A stretch of 64,000 nucleotides of DNA from Candidatus Bathyarchaeota archaeon (GTDB taxonomy: Archaea > Thermoproteota > Bathyarchaeia > Bathyarchaeales > Bathycorpusculaceae): the NCBI GenBank assembly GCA_963720565.1, contig CAVRFW010000003.1, positions 96,001 to 160,000 of the forward strand, written 5' to 3'. Both the position numbers and the translations under genes were made by a program. Positions within the stretch are counted from its first letter, which is position 1. Each line of letters begins with the position of its first letter. The notes under the pieces were generated by a model. The model had not been told where the DNA came from, ran no database searches, and was given only the letters and a program-made list of their open reading frames with translations. Shown here piece after piece: positions 58,618-64,000 of the stretch.

Positions 58618-59800
58618 ATGATTGCTTGGGCAACGGGCTCAGACTCTTAGAGTTGTTGCTTCGCCAAAAACTCTTTGGTTCAGGGTCTAAAGGGAGAACC
58701 AAACACCCCGACCGTGGTTTCTTACGCTGTCACAAAAGCATGTAATCTTCGGTGCTTGCACTGCCATGTTTCGGCTACTGAGGCCATGCACAATGAGCTT
58801 AGCCTGCGAGAGGCGATGCACGCAATAGACGAAATGGCAAATCTGGGAACCCGAGCTTTGATCTTCAGCGGTGGAGAACCTCTTCTTAGGAAAGAGTTCG
58901 TTCTGTCACTTGCGGAGTACTGTGTTGACGCAGGCATGTTGCCTGCTATCCTGACGAATGGTCTTCTGCTCGATCACAAAGTAGCTTTTGAGCTCAAAGA
59001 CTCAGGAATATTGGCTGTAGGCATACCTATCGACTCGATAGTTCCTCAAACGCATGACAAGTCTAAGGAATATGGCTGGCGCCTTCGCGAAAGCTGTAGA
59101 GGCGATTAAGGCTTGTTTAGATGTAGACTTGGAAGTGGTAATCACAACGATGGCTTTGAAAAACACTTACGATGAAATACCCCGAAGAATAGCTTTCCTG
59201 GCAAAATTGGGGGTGGAACAGGCTGCCGTCTACGATTTGGTTCCAGTGGGGCGGGGAAAGGAGGTCATGGACCAAGCGATGAGCCAAACGCAGCGAGTGA
59301 GTCTGATAAAGTATCTTCAGCAAATCCAGGAAGATGGCGAGATGGTTTTCACCATGTCAGGCGGACTTCCGCTGTATCCAGAAATTGTTTCCGAAATGCA
59401 CAAAATGAACGGTACTAAACCTCGCGATCTCTTATTGAAACAGTTCTGGCTCGATGCTTCTGTCGGTTGCCAAGCAGGGATTCTGTATTTCAGTTTGCGA
59501 CCGAACGGCGACGTGTACCCATGCACTTTTTTGCCAATAAAAGTTGGGAATATTCGGGAGCAAAGCTTAACCCAAATTTGGAACAGCTCCAGAGTCTTAA
59601 GGGACCTCCGACAAAGACGCTTGCTGAAAGGGCAATGTGGAGCATGCGAATACCGAGAAACATGCGGAGGATGCCGGGGAAGGGCTTACGCTTACAGCGG
59701 TGACTACCTAGAAACAGATCCTGTTTGTCTGCGTGACTTAATGTTGGAGGATAATGTTTCGCCTTCTGCCATAAAGCGTTGCGGCTGGTGCGTTGGATAG
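58618..59800 (+). CDS. Radical SAM/SPASM protein, NirJ/AhbC-AhbD-like (frameshifted)
   Basis: CNLRCLHC and FSGGEPLL; SPASM GCQAG..PNGDVYPC..GNI..GQCGACEYRETCGGCRGRAY..DP.C; shifts near 59062 and in the N-terminus. Confidence 0.85.
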
Positions 59801-59942
59801 ACCAGCGACTGTTTTGCAGCGCTTCTGTTTCCGGTTTTCTATGGGGAGCAATAGGCTGGGGAAAGCGCGGTTCAAATTGATCTTAGGTTAGTCTCTTAAA
59901 CTATTTTCCTGTTTTGGCAATGGTCTCTTGTGGCAGTTTTCG

Positions 59943-60653
59943 TTAATCTTTTTTCATTGCTTTTGCTCTAAGCTCTTTGGGCATCAGCTCTATCGCGTAT
60001 CGAAGCGCTGTCCGTGGCATAGTCTTCCTTTTTGTGAGAACATAATCCAGCACTTCTCTTTGGTGCTTTCTGCTTGCTTCTTTTAGAAGCCACCCGTAGC
60101 CTTTCTGCACCATTTCATCTTTATCAGACAAAAGTATGCTGCTGATTTCGAGGGCGTCCTTCAAGAAGTCGCCTTTCTTAGCTGGAACTATGAGGGAGAC
60201 AGCTGCTGCTCTTTTAAGCCATGGATTGTCGGATTTTGCCCATTTTTTCAATTCCATTACAGCTTCCGGTTGTCTTTCTATGAGACCTCCAATCGTGTGG
60301 TTGCAAAATCCATCACATTTTGCCCAATTGTCGATGTAATGCTCAATCCATGACTTGAAAGTTGAGAGGTCACTTAGCTCAAGTTGCATAATCATGTTGG
60401 GTAACCAAGAAGAAACGATGAAAGCTTCTTCAGTAAAACCGGAACGTAATAACTCTTCACAAAGTGAAAATACTGTTTTCTTGTCAAGGTGCTTGACTTC
60501 ACTCCAGTGTTTGTTGGCTATCTTGTTAACTAAACCGGTTTTGACGCCGTAGTATGTTACTTTCTCTTTGAAGAATCTTTGGAAACTATTTCGAGTTTTG
60601 CCGTCTGAGTTCGCTTTAAGCTCTTGCCTGATTGCTTCTATGATTTCATCCAT
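59943..60653 (-). CDS. DNA alkylation repair protein (AlkD-like)
   Basis: YYGVK, IDNWAKCD, WLKRAA, VQKGYGWLLKE and PRTALRYAIE motifs. Confidence 0.9.
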   Translation of the reverse strand: MDEIIEAIRQELKANSDGKTRNSFQRFFKEKVTYYGVKTGLVNKIANKHWSEVKHLDKKTVFSLCEELLRSGFTEEAFIVSSWLPNMIMQLELSDLSTFKSWIEHYIDNWAKCDGFCNHTIGGLIERQPEAVMELKKWAKSDNPWLKRAAAVSLIVPAKKGDFLKDALEISSILLSDKDEMVQKGYGWLLKEASRKHQREVLDYVLTKRKTMPRTALRYAIELMPKELRAKAMKKD

Positions 60654-60746
60654 AGCTCGAAAAGAAAGAGGTGGCTGCCAAAATACCTTTTCCTGAAAAA
60701 GATGGTGTTGAATTAAATGATGGCTTAGAAAAAAACTTGGGAGCGC

Positions 60747-61055
60747 TTAAGGCTCTTCCATCTGGTAGAGTTCCAAATCTATGTCTATTTTGGAAGGCTT
60801 TTCACGTTCAACAGTAGTTTCAATATTATAGAGTTTAGACATGATTTTTCCAACCTCGGTCTGACAAATTTTGTTTTTCTGGATCAGAGCTGCTTTTATT
60901 TTGCGTTCAATTCTGTCTTCAGGTGGAATCTGGGCGCTGCGAATAGCGAGGGAGTTTTTGTTAAGCACGTCTGTGGTGCGAGTCCTCGCTTTCTCTACTT
61001 CATCAAGGTTAATGTGGCATTTCACAGTGATTTCGTCAGGTGATTGCTTAGTCAA
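60747..61055 (-). CDS. Hypothetical protein (102 aa), coupled to the upstream RHH gene
   Basis: TTG at 61055 after an AAGGAG SD, overlapping the RHH stop; ends IDIDLELYQMEEP. Confidence 0.6.
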   Translation of the reverse strand: MTKQSPDEITVKCHINLDEVEKARTRTTDVLNKNSLAIRSAQIPPEDRIERKIKAALIQKNKICQTEVGKIMSKLYNIETTVEREKPSKIDIDLELYQMEEP

Positions 61056-61203
61056 CTCCTTTCCTCCGCCAAACTTCGGCACTGATTAAATCTCGAATCG
61101 CGACGCGGATGGCTTCAGCCCTGTTGGGATAGAACCTTTCGCCCACGAGCTGGTCCAAAGCTTTAATATACGTTTCAGGTAGATACAATGTAATTAGCTT
61201 CAT
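61048..61203 (-). CDS. Ribbon-helix-helix (CopG/CdrS-like) regulator, 51 aa, absent from the ORF track
   Basis: Translated by hand: MKLITLYLPETYIKALDQLVGERFYPNRAEAIRVAIRDLISAEVWRRKGVD; GAGG SD-like sequence upstream. Confidence 0.85.
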   Translation of the reverse strand: MKLITLYLPETYIKALDQLVGERFYPNRAEAIRVAIRDLISAEVWRRKGVD

Positions 61204-61410
61204 ATGCTTCTCTCCCTCAGTAAGCTACGACAAGGATGCTTGTAGGTTATACTTCTATATATTATGATACATATATGTGGCAAATATGTTCGTTACTTCC
61301 TTTTTAAATGTTTTGCAAATCATGTTGCAGTTTTCTGTTAATTCTCGCGTGAAGTCACCTTTATGTTTTTATTGCTTGTTGAATCATCTACCGTAATGCG
61401 ATGAAGAAAA

Positions 61411-62697
61411 ATGCGCGTTTTCCTAAAGAGCTACGGTTGCTCCGCAAACCAAGCTGACAGCGAAGTCTTATCCGGTTGTCTAGCGAAAGCCGGATACGAA
61501 CTAACTAATTCAATTTCGGAAGCCGATGTTATAGTTATCAATACCTGTGCCGTGAAAGGACCGACGGAAAACCGTGTAATTGACGCCTTGAAGCGCGTCC
61601 CCGAGGGAAAGAAGCTTATTGTCGCGGGATGTTTGCCACGTGTGAATTTTGAGCGACTGTGCCGCGAAGTCTGTTTCGACGGTGCCGTTGGTCCTGCGGT
61701 TGGCAATGATATAGTTGGAATCGTGGAAAGAGTTATGGCTGGCGAGAAAGTTGTGGCTTTAGGCACCCAGCTAGACACCAAGCCTAGCCTATGTCTTCCA
61801 CGTTTGAGGTCAAACCCTGTGATAAGCGTGATTCCCATAAACTATGGCTGCTTGGGCTCATGTGCGTATTGTTGCGTAGTTTTCGCAAGAGGTCGACTGC
61901 GAAGCTACAAGCCTGAAGAGGTTGTTGAACGATTGCAGCAGGACTTGATAGCTGGCGCGAAGGAGTTCTGGATCACGTCCCAAGATGTAGCTTGCTACGG
62001 AAGAGACATCGGGGGAAACCTTGCGGATTTGCTGGAAAATATAGTCAACATTGAAGGTGATTTCCGAGTTCGCGTGGGTATGATGACGCCTAACATGATT
62101 GCAGACATAACTGGTAATCTTGTTTCCGTGTTCAAAAACGCGAAAATCTTCAAGTTTGTGCACCTGCCGGTACAGAGTGGCGATGACAGTGTTTTGAAAC
62201 GCATGAATCGCTATTATACTGTTCAGCAGTTCAAGGACATCGTGAACACGTTTAGGACTGCTTTTCCGGAAATTACTCTGGCGACCGATGTGATTTGCGG
62301 TTTTCCAGGAGAGACGCAAGAAGCGTTTGAAAACACGCTTAAACTGATTAACGAAGTGAAGCCAGACATCGTAAATGTATCCAAGTTTTTCCCGAGGCCA
62401 AAGACAGCTGCTTCTTTTATGCAGAGTGAGTTTGTTGAGCTGCCTGAGATTAAGCACAGGAGCGCCGCTGCAGCGGAGTTGTCGAAACGGATCGCCATGG
62501 AGAGGAATCAAAGGTGGGTAGGCTGGATTGGAGAAGTCTTGATCGATGAGAAAGGCAAAGTACCTGGGACATGGATAGGTCGGAATTTCGCTTACAAACC
62601 CGTTACAGTCAAGGGTTCGCAGAATCTGCTTGGAGAGAGGTTGCAGGTCAAAGTTGTTAAAGCGTTTTCGACCCATCTCTCAGGGACAGTCTGTTGA
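61411..62697 (+). CDS. tRNA methylthiotransferase, MiaB-like (archaeal MtaB/CDKAL1 type)
   Basis: YGCSANQADSE, NTCAVK, VAGC, GCLGSCAYC, HLPVQSG, DVICGFPGET and C-terminal TRAM domain. Confidence 0.92.
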   Translation: MRVFLKSYGCSANQADSEVLSGCLAKAGYELTNSISEADVIVINTCAVKGPTENRVIDALKRVPEGKKLIVAGCLPRVNFERLCREVCFDGAVGPAVGNDIVGIVERVMAGEKVVALGTQLDTKPSLCLPRLRSNPVISVIPINYGCLGSCAYCCVVFARGRLRSYKPEEVVERLQQDLIAGAKEFWITSQDVACYGRDIGGNLADLLENIVNIEGDFRVRVGMMTPNMIADITGNLVSVFKNAKIFKFVHLPVQSGDDSVLKRMNRYYTVQQFKDIVNTFRTAFPEITLATDVICGFPGETQEAFENTLKLINEVKPDIVNVSKFFPRPKTAASFMQSEFVELPEIKHRSAAAAELSKRIAMERNQRWVGWIGEVLIDEKGKVPGTWIGRNFAYKPVTVKGSQNLLGERLQVKVVKAFSTHLSGTVC

Positions 62698-62751
62698 ATA
62701 ATACGGTAACTGCATCCAGAAAGTGTTTTTGTGTCGTGACGGTTTGTATTC

Positions 62752-63522
62752 CTATTTTGTGGGTTTTTCCGTCTTTAGATTATCTAAGAGGTCTTTTGCA
62801 TCTGAGGGAGGATGCCCTGAATAGTATTTGCTGAAATATCCGAAAACCGCTGTTGGTTGTGATTTTTCAAGCAAGAGTCGTCTTAGGCTGTCAGCCCACA
62901 GTTTTGTGCTAGTTGTCTTATCCACTTCTATCTTGCCCAAGGTGCCATTGACGAGTTTTCGGTCTCCTTCCCATCTCACATAGATGAAGTCGGAAGTTGC
63001 TTCTGTTATTCTGGGCATGGAAGGGTTGTCAATCCATGCCAAAGCTACATTGTTGTCTCTGAGAATAGAGTAGAACCTGTCGTTTAGTAGTTTATTGTTC
63101 CTTACTTCTACGACATAGCGATGCTCTTTGGGTAAGTTATTGAGGAAATCGCGAAGCAATGAGGCTTTCTCGATTCCAAACTTCCTCGGGAACTGAAGCA
63201 ATAGTGGTCCAAGCTTCTCCTTTAGAAGTCCGACTTTTTCCATGAATATTGTGGCTTCTTCTTGGCAATCTTTGAGCATTTTAATGTGGGTTATAATCTG
63301 TGGAAACTTTAGCGAGAAAAGAAAACTGGCAGGCGTCTGTTCTCTCCAATTCATCACGGTTTGCCCACGCGGAATTCTATAGAACGTGTTGTCAACTTCA
63401 ACGGAGTTGAACTTTTTCGCGTAGTAAGTTAGGAACTCATTCTCAGGTAAGTTTTCGGGGTAGAAGTTGCCTTTCCAGAAGCTGTAACTCCAACCCATTG
63501 TGCCTATGCGAAGACTTTGCAT
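62752..63522 (-). CDS. DUF72 (YecE-like) protein
   Basis: IGTMGWSY..WKG.FYP, VEVDNTFYRIP, ITH, LLQFP and YVRWEG motifs. Confidence 0.9.
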   Translation of the reverse strand: MQSLRIGTMGWSYSFWKGNFYPENLPENEFLTYYAKKFNSVEVDNTFYRIPRGQTVMNWREQTPASFLFSLKFPQIITHIKMLKDCQEEATIFMEKVGLLKEKLGPLLLQFPRKFGIEKASLLRDFLNNLPKEHRYVVEVRNNKLLNDRFYSILRDNNVALAWIDNPSMPRITEATSDFIYVRWEGDRKLVNGTLGKIEVDKTTSTKLWADSLRRLLLEKSQPTAVFGYFSKYYSGHPPSDAKDLLDNLKTEKPTK

Positions 63523-63524
63523 CG

Positions 63525-64000
63525 CTATTTCTTTCCCTTAAGCAGCAGCCAATTCTTCTCTCCGGCTTTCTTGAGCCTTACTAGAACAAAACGCCCCTTG
63601 AGTTTTTCTCCATTTAGGTTGAATTCGATCATGCTCTCGCTCCAAACCTTAACTTCGTAGGAGCCCTTGTCCCAAATCTTGACGGTTCCGGCGCCATACT
63701 GTCCTGCTGGAATAGTGCCCTCGAAAGATGCGTATTCGATGGGGTGATCCTCAGTCTCAACTGCCTAGGCGCTTTTCTTCAGAGCTTACGGGAAACCCCT
63801 TCGGCACGGCCCAACTCTTCAAGACGCCGTTTCTTTCCAGCCGAAAATCATAGTGCAATCTTCGGGCATGATGCTCCTGAACCACGAAAACTTTTTCTTC
63901 CTTATTTTTTTCGTAATTTCCTGCGGGCTCGTTTGTAGCGGTGAAGTTGCGTTTTGATTGGTATTCTGCAAGCTCACTTTTTACGATTTGATCCAGAGTG
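63525..64000 (-). CDS. ligD: LigD 3'-phosphoesterase domain, C-terminal part of a gene running off the window edge (apparent +1 insertion near 63767)
   Basis: Translated by hand: LAEYQSKRNF..TNEP, FVVQEHHARRLHYDFRLE, LKSWAVPKG, KRL|AVETEDHP, FEGTIPAGQYGAG and IWDKG; the frame is open to position 64000. Confidence 0.88.

Noticed and set aside
58618..59800. RiPP maturase system
   Set aside because: No PqqD domain, precursor peptide or transporter nearby. The sequence fits the widespread NirJ/Ahb-like SPASM family.
59821..59890. tRNA-like GGTTCAAAT sequence
   Set aside because: No cloverleaf: the T-stem and acceptor stem cannot be paired.
61858..62676. 272-aa antisense ORF and the many other shadow ORFs in the track
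   Set aside because: They lie opposite or inside well-supported genes and have no recognisable motifs.

Overview
Archaeal chromosomal window. Gene content and sequence style fit a TACK-lineage archaeon, most likely Bathyarchaeia (inference). In order it holds: (1) [NiFe]-hydrogenase maturation genes hypF(3' end)-hypC-hypD and hypE; (2) the S10/spc ribosomal-protein cluster from L22 to secY, interrupted between L30 and L15 by a methyltransferase-family gene and an Hsp20, then DUF106 and cmk; (3) an ~11 kb lipid/glycosylation island; (4) a canonical cobamide uptake and nucleotide-loop operon (btuFCD, DUF71, cobT, cobS, cobY, divergent cobZ); (5) housekeeping genes (thyA, sua5, thermosome, nth, XPD, Clp1-like kinase, radB, carS, topA, aglB, aglH-like, queT, polB, MtaB-like, LigD phosphoesterase at the edge). 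In the island, a diverged second cobS-cobY pair with an ECF S-component and a PurM-fold enzyme sits head-to-head with an epimerase, a diverged DGGGP-synthase-like UbiA and a tetraether-synthase (Tes)-like radical SAM gene. Best candidates for new biology: this island, a pseudoknot-like leader that could sequester the queT SD (candidate archaeal riboswitch), and small proteins resembling eukaryotic OSTC/DC2 and PAC4. About ten genes, including essential secY and topA, carry frameshifts repaired by deleting extra bases, which points to assembly error rather than pseudogenes. No rRNA, tRNA, CRISPR array or mobile element was recognised. All homology calls come from motif recognition by eye; no searches were run.
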